64,000 nucleotides of DNA. It comes from Gemmatimonadales bacterium. Lineage in GTDB: Bacteria; Gemmatimonadota; Gemmatimonadetes; Gemmatimonadales; GWC2-71-9. The stretch is from NCBI GenBank assembly GCA_037189525.1, contig JBBCJC010000005.1, positions 320,001 to 384,000 on the forward strand, in the 5' to 3' direction. The notes under the pieces were generated by a model. That model searched no databases and was not told the origin of the DNA. It saw only the letters and a program-made list of their open reading frames with translations. The translations under genes were made by a program, and so were the position numbers. Shown here piece after piece: positions 9,366 to 19,167 of the stretch; position 1 is the first letter of the stretch; the number at the start of each line of letters is the position of its first letter.

Positions 9366-10528
9366 GATACGGTCTCCGTCCGCACGGCCGACGCGAGGAT
9401 CGTCACGACCCGATCGACATCGGCTTCCGTCATGGCCGGAAAAAGCGGCAGCGTCAACGCCGATTCGTAGTAGGCTTCAGCACCCGGCAGCGCCGTACGG
9501 CCGAAGCCGCGCTGCCGATAGAACGGCTGATGGTAGACCGGGATGTAATGCACGTTGGCCCCGATCCCCTGGCGCACCAGCTCGTCATAGATGCGGCGAC
9601 GGCGATCCGCCGGCACCCGCACCACGAAGAGATGATGCGCACCCTTCGAGCCGGTCGGGCGACGGAGCGGCGTCACACCCTCGAGCCCCTCCAGGCGCGC
9701 CTCGTACCAGTTTGCGACCGTGCGCCGGCGCTCGACCCACTCGGGCAGCCGCGCCAATTGCGATATGCCTAACGCACTCTGGAAGTCGGTCAGGCGATAG
9801 TTGAAGCCGAGTTCATGCTGTTCGTAGTACCAGGGCCCTTCCGCCGCGCCGAGTTCGCTCGGCTCCCTGGTAATCCCATGGGTCCGGAAGCGCTTGAGCC
9901 GTCGATACAAGGCCGGGTCGTTGGTCGTCACCGCCCCACCCTCACCCGTCGTCATCTGCTTGACGGGATGGAAGCTGAAGCAGCACATCAGGCTGTGCGC
10001 GCATTCGCCGACGCGGTATTCCTGCCCGTCCGCGGCTTTGTACCGGGCGCCGATGGCATGAGCCGCATCCTCGATCACGACCCAGCCCCGAGCCTGCGCA
10101 ATGGCGCTCAGCGCTTCGACCGGAGCGACCTCTCCTCCAAAATGGACCGGCACCACCAGCGCCGTGTCCGCCTCGGCCCGATCGTCAGCCGAATCGGGAT
10201 CGATCAGGCCGGTCGACGGATCGATATCCGCAAATCCCACTCGGCCGCCCAGATAGAGCGACGCGTTGGCGGTCGCGACGAAGGTGATCGGACTGGTCAC
10301 CACGCTGCGGCCCGGACCGATCTCCGCCGCTGCGTACGCCGCGTGGAGTGCCGCCGTCCCGCTATTGAACGCGACCGCATACTCGGCGCCTGTGAACTCC
10401 GCCAGCGCCTGCTCGAATCGGTCGACCAGCGGCCCCTGCGTAATGTGCGAAGCGCGCAACGCCTCGGTCACCGCGGCGATGTCGGCATCCGAGATCTGGT
10501 GCCGACCATAAGGGAGAAATCCGCTCAT
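9362..10528 (-). CDS. pseC: UDP-4-amino-4,6-dideoxy-N-acetyl-beta-L-altrosamine transaminase
   Basis: LPYGRHQI, ITQGP, EDAAHAIG, SFHPVKQMTTGEGG, WYYEQ..LGFNYR, VHYIPVY. Start 10528 (TGATG overlap with pseB). Confidence 0.92.
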   Translation of the reverse strand: MSGFLPYGRHQISDADIAAVTEALRASHITQGPLVDRFEQALAEFTGAEYAVAFNSGTAALHAAYAAAEIGPGRSVVTSPITFVATANASLYLGGRVGFADIDPSTGLIDPDSADDRAEADTALVVPVHFGGEVAPVEALSAIAQARGWVVIEDAAHAIGARYKAADGQEYRVGECAHSLMCCFSFHPVKQMTTGEGGAVTTNDPALYRRLKRFRTHGITREPSELGAAEGPWYYEQHELGFNYRLTDFQSALGISQLARLPEWVERRRTVANWYEARLEGLEGVTPLRRPTGSKGAHHLFVVRVPADRRRRIYDELVRQGIGANVHYIPVYHQPFYRQRGFGRTALPGAEAYYESALTLPLFPAMTEADVDRVVTILASAVRTETVS

Positions 10529-11508
10529 CAGTCGAGTCCGAGCGAACCGAGCAGGTCGCGAACTTCCGTGACACCGAGCCGCTCGGGATTGGTGTCGCTC
10601 CGGTATGAGAATCCTTCCGGCACCACGGTCCCCGCGCTGGTCACCGCATCGTCCCACCACGACTGCTGTGGCTGGAGCACATAGTGCGACCCCATGTCGA
10701 CGGTACGCCGCGCATCGTCTTCGCTGATCATCAGCTCGTGCAGCTTCTCACCGGGCCGGATCCCGATCACCTCGGTCCGGCATTGGGGCGCCAGCGCCTC
10801 GACCAGCGTCATGATGTCGGTCGACGGAATCTTGGGCACGAAGAGCTCGCCGCCATGCATCCGCCGGAGCGAATCGAGCACGAAAGCGACGCCCTGCTCG
10901 AGCGTGATCCAGAACCGCGTCATCCGCGGATCGGTAATCGGCAGGACACCATTGCGCCGCGCCTTGAGGAAGAAGGGGACGACCGAGCCGCGGCTGCCGA
11001 CGACGTTGCCATATCGGACCACGCTCATCAGCGGTCCGCGGCCCGCAGCGTAGGCATTGGCCGCCACGAACAGTTTGTCGGAGCAAAGCTTGGTGGCGCC
11101 GTAGAGATTGGCGGGATTGGCAGCCTTGTCGGTCGAGAGCGCAATCACCTTTTCGACCCCGGTGTTGAGCGCCGCCTCGATCACATTCTGGCCGCCCAGC
11201 ACGTTGGTCTTGATGCACTCGAACGGATTGTATTCCGCGGCAGGCACCTGTTTGAGCGCGGCGGCGTGTACCACCACCTGCACACCTGACATGGCGCGCT
11301 GTAGCCGCGACAGATCCCGAACATCGCCCAGGAAGAACCGGATCCGGCGGTCGCGGATCTGCTCCGCCATCTCATACTGTTTCAGCTCGTCACGGCTGTA
11401 GACGATGACCCGGCGCGGTTCATAACGCTCGAGTACCGTCTTGACGAAGGCGCGCCCGAACGAACCGGTACCGCCGGTGATGAGGATCGATTGACCTTCG
11501 AGAAACAT
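10528..11508 (-). CDS. pseB: UDP-N-acetylglucosamine 4,6-dehydratase (inverting)
   Basis: TGGTGSFG, SRDELKQ, HAAALKQVPAAEYNP, STDKA, YGATK, RYGNVVGSRGSV, MTRFWI. Confidence 0.95.
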   Translation of the reverse strand: MFLEGQSILITGGTGSFGRAFVKTVLERYEPRRVIVYSRDELKQYEMAEQIRDRRIRFFLGDVRDLSRLQRAMSGVQVVVHAAALKQVPAAEYNPFECIKTNVLGGQNVIEAALNTGVEKVIALSTDKAANPANLYGATKLCSDKLFVAANAYAAGRGPLMSVVRYGNVVGSRGSVVPFFLKARRNGVLPITDPRMTRFWITLEQGVAFVLDSLRRMHGGELFVPKIPSTDIMTLVEALAPQCRTEVIGIRPGEKLHELMISEDDARRTVDMGSHYVLQPQQSWWDDAVTSAGTVVPEGFSYRSDTNPERLGVTEVRDLLGSLGLD

Positions 11509-11511
11509 TGC

Positions 11512-13023
11512 TTATGCCCTTCCGGTATCCGAAGCCGCGACCTCGCGGCTTCTGCGGATGATCAGTTCCTGCTCGATCCGGCGACACACCGGACCCCAGT
11601 CGTTGGTTCCATACTCGCGCGTGAAAGCACGGATCGCCGGCAGCCACGGCGATCGCTCCTCGCCAAACAGCGTCCAGTCGGTGCCCGCATCCAGCTGCCA
11701 CGTCTCGGTCCCGATGGCGCCCGCCAGCGAGCTCACGGCGGTAGGCGCCGTGATGACGAGATCGAGATGCCAGGCGAGCGCTGCCACACTTTCCAGATCC
11801 TGCTTGAGATCCACCCCGGCCCAGCGATGAATCCGAATTCCGAGCCGCGCTTCGGCCTCTTCCAGCTCCGTACGACAGTCGTCGTACTGGAGGTTGACGA
11901 ACTCGACGCCGGGCACCCGGAGCACCGGAGCCAGATCGAGCAAGGTCGGGTAATAGCGACGCCGTTCCCCACCATTGAGGCCGCTGCGCCAGCAGAGGCC
12001 CACGCGGAGCGGACCGTTCAGTGCGCGCAGCCGCTCGGTCCAGTTCGCAATCTCTGCGGGAGCAGGAACGAGATGACTCCAGCGTGGACGGAAGGCCGTG
12101 CGAGAAGTGCGAAGACGCCCGGGCAGGTCACCAAGCGGTGCCTGGAACTCGAACGCCTTCGCTCCCCACTCGCCATGGGCCACGACCTCCACAGCCGGGA
12201 ACGACCGGGCGTAGAGGCTGACCAACCGTCGATCGACCGCGAGCGTCACCAACGCTCCCGCATCGATCAAATCCGGGACACAGGTGGCAAACAGGATTTC
12301 ATCGCCCACCCCCTGCTCACCCCACACCAGTATCCGCTTTCCTTCGAGCGACTCCCCCTGCCAATGCGTCCAGGGCAACGCGGACGGTCCGGGAAGCCCG
12401 GCCCGCGCCCATCGGTGCGCATATCCGGACCAACCGTCCGCCAGACACCCATCCGCCAGGTTCACGAGGCCGAGATTCCACTGCGCTTCGGCCCAGTCGG
12501 ACTTGAACTGGATGGCGCGCTCGAGCGATGCCCGTGCTTCCGTCAAACGGCCCAGCTCGCGTTGAACGTTGCCCAGGTTGAGCCAGACATCGGCCGCTTG
12601 CGGAGCTGCCTCTGCGGCTTCGGCAAACGCCTCCGCCGCGGCCACCAACTGCCCCTGTTTACGAAGTACGTTGCCGATGTTGAAGAGCCCGGTAGCCCGC
12701 CACGTCCCGCCCAACTCCACTGCCTGACGATACGCGACCATCGCCAGTTCGAGCTCGCCCAGCCCTTCGCGCGATACGCCAAGATGGAGCCAGGCATCGG
12801 CCGCCGAGGGGCGGAGATGCGCTGCAGCCTCGAATGCCCGCGCCGCCCCGGCCAGGTCCTTCGCCGCGCGCAGCAAGTGACCAAGGTTGAAATGGGCCGC
12901 GGCATGCCGCGGATCCGAAGCGATGGTCCGGCGGTACGCGGCAATGGCTCCCTGAGCATCGCCCGATTTCTGCGCGGCCAAGCCGCGGTCGAAGTCGGTC
13001 AGCGCGGGTGCGGCGGCAATCAT
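11512..13023 (-). CDS. TPR + GT-B protein, FlmG-like flagellin glycosyltransferase paralog 4
   Basis: N-terminal TPR repeats, then WGEQGVGDE, GLCWRSG, NLQYDDC, APTAVSSLAGA, RSPW. Start 13023 via ATGA overlap. Confidence 0.8.
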   Translation of the reverse strand: MIAAAPALTDFDRGLAAQKSGDAQGAIAAYRRTIASDPRHAAAHFNLGHLLRAAKDLAGAARAFEAAAHLRPSAADAWLHLGVSREGLGELELAMVAYRQAVELGGTWRATGLFNIGNVLRKQGQLVAAAEAFAEAAEAAPQAADVWLNLGNVQRELGRLTEARASLERAIQFKSDWAEAQWNLGLVNLADGCLADGWSGYAHRWARAGLPGPSALPWTHWQGESLEGKRILVWGEQGVGDEILFATCVPDLIDAGALVTLAVDRRLVSLYARSFPAVEVVAHGEWGAKAFEFQAPLGDLPGRLRTSRTAFRPRWSHLVPAPAEIANWTERLRALNGPLRVGLCWRSGLNGGERRRYYPTLLDLAPVLRVPGVEFVNLQYDDCRTELEEAEARLGIRIHRWAGVDLKQDLESVAALAWHLDLVITAPTAVSSLAGAIGTETWQLDAGTDWTLFGEERSPWLPAIRAFTREYGTNDWGPVCRRIEQELIIRRSREVAASDTGRA

Positions 13024-14948
13024 GGCAAACGCTCCAATCCGGTGCGCACCCATCGCTCGACCTGCCTGGCCACTCCGTTCAGCACCGGCTGCCAATCCTG
13101 ACCAGGCCCTTTGCGCGCCAATCCAATCGACGGCCACCACGGCGAACGATCCCGGCCGAAGACGGTCCAGTCGTTGCCGCCGTCGGTCTGCCAGGTGCGA
13201 ACACCACTGGCTCCCGCGAGCGACGACACCGCGGTCGGCGCCGTAATCACGGCATCGAGCGACGCGAGCAACCCGACGACACTCTCGAGATCCTGCTTGA
13301 GATCTTCACCCGCCCAGCGGTGCACCCGCACCCCGTGAATGCGCTCGATCTCGGCCAGTTCCACGTCGCAGTCGTCATACTGCAGATTGATCCAGGTCAC
13401 ACCGGGTACGCGCCACACCGGCGCCCACGCGGCGAGCGGAGCGTAGTGCCGCTGCCGTTCGGCCGTGAGCAACCCGCTACGCCAGCAGACACCGATCTTC
13501 GGACCTGCCGGGAGCGCTGCCAGCCGCTCCGCCCAGCGGTCGGCCAGATCGGGCCGCGCACGGAGATACGCGCCGCTCCCTGCGAATGCCGCATGGGTGC
13601 GCCGCCAGAATCGAGGCAGGCTTCCCATCGGCAGATGGAAATCGAACGGTCCCGCCGCAGTGATCAGCACACCGCCATCCGGGAGGACCCGCACCGTAGG
13701 AAAGGCGCGTTCGACCATGGAGACCAGACGGGGCGACACCGCCACCGTCACCTGCGCACCTGACTGCAGCACATCGTCCAGGCAGGTCAGGAACATCAGT
13801 TCGTCGCCCAAACCCTGCTCACGCCAGATCAGGATCCGCTTGCCGTTCAGGTCCTCGCCCTGATACGCCGGCCACGGATAGGTCCGATACTCTGCCGGCC
13901 GGCTGGTTGCCCGCCAGCGCCACTCGTACTCGTCCCACCCGGCCGGAATGTCACCGTGCCCGATCAGGGCAAGGGATCGGTTCCACCGGGTATCGGCTCG
14001 GTCGGGACTCCGGGCCATTGCCTGATCGTGCAGCTCGACCGCCAGCGCGAAGTCCCCACGCTCCGCCGCCAGACTCCCCATGGCGGTCAGCGGTTCGGGA
14101 CCATCGGACAGCGCGGCGGCTTGCATGAAGTACTGCAGCGCTTCGTCGAGTCGCCCGGCCGCCTGCAGCGCCGTGCCACCGTTGAGCCAGCCGTCGGCCT
14201 GCCGGGGTGCAACCGTGACGGCGCGCCCCTGCAGCGCAATCGCGTCCTCCACCCGATCGAGCTTGAGGCAGAGCACCCCCAGGTTCGTGAGGACATCGGC
14301 GTCGTTCGGCGCGGTCGCCAGAGCGCGCTGGTAGGCCAGCACGGCTTCATCGTTCCGTCCCGCCAGCTGGGCAAGCACGCCGAGGTTCTTGTGGGCAATC
14401 GACAGCTCGGGCGCGATTCCGGCGGCGGTGCGATACCGAGCGGCCGCCTCATCTAGCCGGCCGGCGGCGCGCAGCGCGTTACCCAGGTTGAGCTGAGCCA
14501 GCGGCGACCGCGGGTCCTTGATCACCGCAGTCTCCAGCACGTCGACCGCCTCGGCAATGTCCCCGCGGTCGAGCCGCACCAGACCCAGGTTGATCCAGGC
14601 GTCGGTATATCCGGGTTCGAGCCGGGTAGCGGTCGTGAGTTCACGCAGGGCGCTCTCGAGGTCGCCGAGACCGCGCAACACGTGCCCATAGTTCGAGCGA
14701 TACTCCGCCACTTTGGGACGCAGGGCCACGAGACGCTCGAAGTGCGACGCCGCCTCCGTCAGATGCCCATCGGCCAGCAGCAGCAACCCCAGCAGGTGAT
14801 GCGCATCGGCATTGGACGGCTCGGCCGCGAGCACCTGGCTGTAGCACGAGGCCGCCGCTTCGTGGCGGCCGGCACGATGATGCGCCAGGCCGTCGTGCAA
14901 CTGCTGACGAACGGCGCCAGCGCGCTGGGTGCGAACGGCGCCGCTCAT
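13020..14948 (-). CDS. TPR + GT-B protein, FlmG-like paralog 3
   Basis: Long TPR array, then WREQGLGDE, GVCWRSG, NLQYDDC, APTAVSSLAGA. Start 14948. Confidence 0.8.
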   Translation of the reverse strand: MSGAVRTQRAGAVRQQLHDGLAHHRAGRHEAAASCYSQVLAAEPSNADAHHLLGLLLLADGHLTEAASHFERLVALRPKVAEYRSNYGHVLRGLGDLESALRELTTATRLEPGYTDAWINLGLVRLDRGDIAEAVDVLETAVIKDPRSPLAQLNLGNALRAAGRLDEAAARYRTAAGIAPELSIAHKNLGVLAQLAGRNDEAVLAYQRALATAPNDADVLTNLGVLCLKLDRVEDAIALQGRAVTVAPRQADGWLNGGTALQAAGRLDEALQYFMQAAALSDGPEPLTAMGSLAAERGDFALAVELHDQAMARSPDRADTRWNRSLALIGHGDIPAGWDEYEWRWRATSRPAEYRTYPWPAYQGEDLNGKRILIWREQGLGDELMFLTCLDDVLQSGAQVTVAVSPRLVSMVERAFPTVRVLPDGGVLITAAGPFDFHLPMGSLPRFWRRTHAAFAGSGAYLRARPDLADRWAERLAALPAGPKIGVCWRSGLLTAERQRHYAPLAAWAPVWRVPGVTWINLQYDDCDVELAEIERIHGVRVHRWAGEDLKQDLESVVGLLASLDAVITAPTAVSSLAGASGVRTWQTDGGNDWTVFGRDRSPWWPSIGLARKGPGQDWQPVLNGVARQVERWVRTGLERLP

Positions 14949-16348
14949 ACGATACCGTCCTCGACCCGGCGCGCATCGAGTTCCATGGCGGCGCGCCGGA
15001 GTACCGGCGCCCAGTCGGCGGATCCGAAGGTTCGGCGAATCAGGCGGATGCTCGGGAACCACGGCGATCGGTCCTCACCGTGCGCCGTCCAGTCGAGCCC
15101 GTTGTCGATCTGCCAGGTCGAAACCCCCGCCGCGCCGGCCAGCGAACTCACGGCGGTCGGTGCGGTGACCACGGCGTCCAGATTCCAGATCAGCCCGAGC
15201 GCGCTCTCGAGATCGTTCTTGAGATCCTCCTCGTCCCAGCGATGGATCGTGATCCCGTGCTGCGCTTCCGCAGTCGTCAGCTCCGCCAGGCAGTCATCGT
15301 ACTGGAGATTGATCCAGTGAATGCCCGGCGTCGTCAGAACAGGGCCCCACTCTTCCAAACGGCTGTAGGTGCGCGACCGCTCTTCCGTCATCATGCCGCT
15401 CCGCCAGCAGATCCCGACCTTGAGGCCGGGACCCAGCGCATCGAGCCGGGTCGTCCACCGGGTGGCATGCGCCGAATCCGGGGTCAGAAACTTGGTCTGC
15501 AACGGAAAGGCGTCGCGATTCTTTCGCAGGTACCGCGGCAACGTGCCGAGCGGAACGTGGAAATCGTACTCGGCGTCACCCCACGCGCCATCGTCGATGA
15601 CCGTCACGCCGGGAAAGGCGCGCGTCAGCATGCCGACCAGGCGCGGTGAGACGGCCAGCGTGACCTCCGCGCCGGCGGCAACCAGATCTCGGAGGCAGGT
15701 GGCAAAGAGGAGTTCGTCGCCCAGTCCCTGCTCCCGCCAGACCAGGATCCGTTTGGCGGCCACCGGCTCGCCCGCCCAGAGCGGCCAGGAAAACCGGGTA
15801 GCGGGGTCGACGCCAAGTTGGGTCCAGCGATGCTCGTACTGGGCCCATCCCGCCTGGAAGCTCCCGCCGGCCAACAGGGCCGTGGCCAAATTCCACTGCG
15901 CGCCGGTGTATTCCGGCTCCTGTTCGAGGACGGCGCGGTAGCTCTCCGCCGCTTCCGAAAACTCGCCTAACGCCAGCAGCGCGTTGGCCAGGTTGTAGCG
16001 GGGCCGCACATCGTCGCTCACGCACTCGACCGCCTGGCGGTACATCACCACGGCTTCCTGATGCCGTTCGAGGCGCTCCAGCATGGCGCCCAGATTGAGC
16101 CACGCGTCGCCCGCTGTCGGACGGAGCCGGACCGCGGCCTCGAAGCAGGTCACCGCCCCTTCGTAGTCCCGTTCCTCCCGAAGCAACTGGCCCAGATTGA
16201 AATGTGCCGGCGCCAGACCCGGATTGATCCGGATCGCCTTCCGGTACGCGGCCACCGCGCGAACCCGGTCACCCGCCTGCTGCGCTGCGATGCCGCGACG
16301 CAACACGTCGATTCCGGGTACCAGCGTCGCTCCTTGTACTCCGATCAT
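14945..16348 (-). CDS. TPR + GT-B protein, FlmG-like paralog 2
   Basis: Short TPR array and the same GT motifs. Start 16348. Confidence 0.8.
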   Translation of the reverse strand: MIGVQGATLVPGIDVLRRGIAAQQAGDRVRAVAAYRKAIRINPGLAPAHFNLGQLLREERDYEGAVTCFEAAVRLRPTAGDAWLNLGAMLERLERHQEAVVMYRQAVECVSDDVRPRYNLANALLALGEFSEAAESYRAVLEQEPEYTGAQWNLATALLAGGSFQAGWAQYEHRWTQLGVDPATRFSWPLWAGEPVAAKRILVWREQGLGDELLFATCLRDLVAAGAEVTLAVSPRLVGMLTRAFPGVTVIDDGAWGDAEYDFHVPLGTLPRYLRKNRDAFPLQTKFLTPDSAHATRWTTRLDALGPGLKVGICWRSGMMTEERSRTYSRLEEWGPVLTTPGIHWINLQYDDCLAELTTAEAQHGITIHRWDEEDLKNDLESALGLIWNLDAVVTAPTAVSSLAGAAGVSTWQIDNGLDWTAHGEDRSPWFPSIRLIRRTFGSADWAPVLRRAAMELDARRVEDGIV

Positions 16349-18711
16349 CGGCCGTTCTCCCGCCCCATCGAAATCCATTCACCCAGCCGACCCGCCAAGC
16401 GCTGAACGGCCGACTCCCATGTCGTTTCCCCCGGTCGCTTCCGCTCGAGCCGAATGCTCGGCCACCAGGGCGACCGATCCGCCCCGAAGACGGTCCAGTC
16501 GCTCCCGCTGTCGAGCTGCCAGGTCGGAATGCCCGTCGCTCCGGCCAGCGAGCTCACCGCGGTCGGTGCGCTCACCACCGCATCGAGCTGGCTCATCAGG
16601 CCGACGACGCTCTCCAGGTCGTTCTTCAAGTCCTCACCGTCCCAGCGATGGACCCGGACGCCCGTCGCCGCCTCGATGGCAGACAACTCGGCCTCACAGT
16701 CGTCATATTGCAGGTTGACCCAGGTCACCCCAGGCACCCGCCAGAGCGCGCCCCATTCGTCGGCAGGCGCGTAATACCGGCGGCGTTCCGGCGTCACCAG
16801 CCCGCTCCGCCAGCAGATGCCCACCTTGCGGTCGTCGCCCAGCGTGTCCAGCCGCGCCCGCCACCGGGCCGCCTCGGATGCCGTCGGCGCGAGAAACACA
16901 CCGGAACTCCGGAACGTTTCCCGGCTCCGACGCCACCAGCGCGGCAGGCTCCCCATCGGTAGCTGCCCATCGAAGTGTTCGAGTTCGCCCAGCACCCCAG
17001 GCCCATCCGCCAGCACCTCTGCTTCGGGAAAGGCCCGGCCGACCAGCGACACCAGCCGAGGACTGACCACGAGCGTGACGGTAGCGCCAGCGGTAATCAG
17101 GTCGGGTACGCAGGTCAGGAAGAGCAGTTCGTCGCCCAATCCCTGCTCCCGCCACACCAGGAGACGCCGCCCCGCCACCTCCGCACCGCCCTGCCAAACC
17201 GGCACCTTGGGCAGCTCGGGCACCTGCGGGGTATCGCCGTTCCGCCAACGCCATTCGTAACCGTCCCAACCACGGGCCAGTTCGCCCTTGCCCAGCTGCG
17301 CCAGCGCCAGATTCCAGTTGGCCTCGCCGTACTGCGGACGAATCCGCAACGCCTGGTAGTAACCGGTAATGGCTTCGTCGTAGCGGCCCACCTCACGCCA
17401 CGCATTGCCGATGTTGTACGCAGCTTCCGCATAGTCGTGACGGAGCTGCAGCGCTTCGTGATAACTGACGACCGCGCGCGCCGTGTCGCCGCGGGCTTTG
17501 AGCGCGTTCCCCAGACCCAGGCGCGCATCGGCCTGTCCGGGATCGAGCGCGACCGCGCCTTCGAGGGTGACTACGGCAGCATCGACCTCACCGGCCGCCA
17601 GCAGCACGTTGCCGAGATTGGTGGCGATCCGTACCGATTCGGGAGCCAGTTGCACGGCGCGCCGGAGGTCGACGACGGCAGCGTCGAACTGACCGAGATG
17701 CCGGTACACGCCACCCCGCGTCGACAGCAGGTCCGCATGATCGGGCGCCTGGCGGAGCCCTTCGGTCAGCGCAGCGAGTGCCTGATCGAGCGCGCCCTGC
17801 GCCTGACAGATCACGCCCAGATGGAGATAGGCTTGCGCCGCGGCGGGACGCGCCACGCAGGCCGTCTCGAACGCTTCGCGGGCTTCGTCGAGCCGCCCCA
17901 GCGCCTGCAGCGCAATGCCTAGATTGATGACGGCTTCGTAGTGGGCGGGCTCGAGCACCAATCCCTGGCGATAGACCTCGACCGCGCCCGCGAGATCGCC
18001 CGCGGCCGACAGCGCAGTCCCCAGGTTCGAATAGGCCTCGACCAGCGTGGGTTTGAGCTCGATGGCCCGGCGATAGGACGCGACCGCCTCATCCAGGCGA
18101 TCGGTGGCCTGCAGCAGCGAGCCCAGATCGGAGTGGGCTTCGGCAAAATCGGGCTTCAATTCGAGCGAGGTTCGGAGCGCGCGCTCCGCATCGCTCATCC
18201 GGCCCAGCGCATGGAGAGCGGCGCCCCGGGTCGCGTGGGCCTCCGCAAAGCCGGGATCCAACGCCAGCGCACGATCGTACCCCCGGACCGCGCCGCGCGG
18301 ATCGCCGAGCAGCCGGCGGACGGTGCCCAGATGGAGGTGCGCATGCGGCGAAGCCGGACGGAGGACGACGGCACGCTCGAAGGCCGCCCGCGCGCGATCG
18401 ACCTGCCCGGTCGCCTGCAACGCCAGACCGAGATTGATGACGAAATCGGGCGCCTTGGGATCGAGCGCCACCGCCTGCTCGAGCAGCGAAACGGCCACCG
18501 CGTGCTTTCCCGCCTGATGGGCCAATACCCCACTCAGATGGAGCGCATCGGGCTGGCGCGGATCCAGGGACAGCACGGCCTGATAGCAGGCCAGCGCACG
18601 GCTCAACTCGCCCCGTTGATGGAAGGCGAGCCCCTGGCGCAGTACCTGTCGCAGATCCTGGGTCGAACCCGGCAGATCCAGCTCGACCCCTGGCAGTACA
18701 TCAGTGTCCAT
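16345..18711 (-). CDS. TPR + GT-B protein, FlmG-like paralog 1
   Basis: Longest TPR array and the same GT motifs. ATG 18711 preferred over TTG 18744. Confidence 0.8.
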   Translation of the reverse strand: MDTDVLPGVELDLPGSTQDLRQVLRQGLAFHQRGELSRALACYQAVLSLDPRQPDALHLSGVLAHQAGKHAVAVSLLEQAVALDPKAPDFVINLGLALQATGQVDRARAAFERAVVLRPASPHAHLHLGTVRRLLGDPRGAVRGYDRALALDPGFAEAHATRGAALHALGRMSDAERALRTSLELKPDFAEAHSDLGSLLQATDRLDEAVASYRRAIELKPTLVEAYSNLGTALSAAGDLAGAVEVYRQGLVLEPAHYEAVINLGIALQALGRLDEAREAFETACVARPAAAQAYLHLGVICQAQGALDQALAALTEGLRQAPDHADLLSTRGGVYRHLGQFDAAVVDLRRAVQLAPESVRIATNLGNVLLAAGEVDAAVVTLEGAVALDPGQADARLGLGNALKARGDTARAVVSYHEALQLRHDYAEAAYNIGNAWREVGRYDEAITGYYQALRIRPQYGEANWNLALAQLGKGELARGWDGYEWRWRNGDTPQVPELPKVPVWQGGAEVAGRRLLVWREQGLGDELLFLTCVPDLITAGATVTLVVSPRLVSLVGRAFPEAEVLADGPGVLGELEHFDGQLPMGSLPRWWRRSRETFRSSGVFLAPTASEAARWRARLDTLGDDRKVGICWRSGLVTPERRRYYAPADEWGALWRVPGVTWVNLQYDDCEAELSAIEAATGVRVHRWDGEDLKNDLESVVGLMSQLDAVVSAPTAVSSLAGATGIPTWQLDSGSDWTVFGADRSPWWPSIRLERKRPGETTWESAVQRLAGRLGEWISMGRENGR

Positions 18712-18867
18712 GGCGTTCCCGTACGTCGCGTCAGCCGATGACAACAGTTGAGACGGATACCGGCGTATCCAGCCGCTGCTTCGATCGTTTGTGCCGATCC
18801 CGTTCCAGGATCAGGCCGATCGACGAGGCATGATTTGCCGGTTTCCCCGTCGGTACAGGCAGGAGGG

Positions 18868-18883
18868 GCAAGAGGGGGGCCAG
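18868..18883 (-). promoter_or_regulatory. Candidate sigma-54 (-24/-12) promoter of the glycosylation operon
   Basis: Minus strand reads CTGGC-CCCCCTC-TTGC, i.e. exact TGGC-N7-TTGC spacing, about 155 nt upstream of ATG 18711. Confidence 0.45.
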
Positions 18884-18931
18884 GGCCGTAAAAGGCGCCA
18901 CATGGGCACCGAAAGCGCTCCACCTATCGCA

Positions 18932-18961
18932 TTGCCGAATAATGACTTAGGATTCTATGAT
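18932..18961 (+). promoter_or_regulatory. Candidate sigma-70 promoter upstream of flgM
   Basis: TTGCCG-N18-TATGAT in a locally AT-rich patch. Confidence 0.4.
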
Positions 18962-19076
18962 CGGGGTGTTTTCCCGAGCCGGGCCGCAGTGCGTGCGCAC
19001 CGGGAGGAGAGGAGAAATCGGCCGGACCTTTCTTCCCGGGCACAGAGCGTGCACTCCTGCCCTTCGGCGCGCGGGC

Positions 19077-19104
19077 TCAAGTTTTCCGGGCGACCGACCG
19101 ATAC
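19077..19104 (+). promoter_or_regulatory. Candidate sigma-28 (FliA) promoter of flgM
   Basis: TCAAGTTT-N12-ACCGATAC versus consensus TAAAGTTT-N11-GCCGATAA; 63 nt upstream of the flgM ATG. Confidence 0.65.
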
Positions 19105-19167
19105 CATCCGGAGTCGGGGAAATCGGTTATGGAACCGGCTCCCGTCTGGCGAGGAGAAGAGGATCGA

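Noticed and set aside
11512..18711. Repeated DNA segments as a repeat array or mobile element
   Set aside because: They are conserved coding motifs of four paralogous genes.
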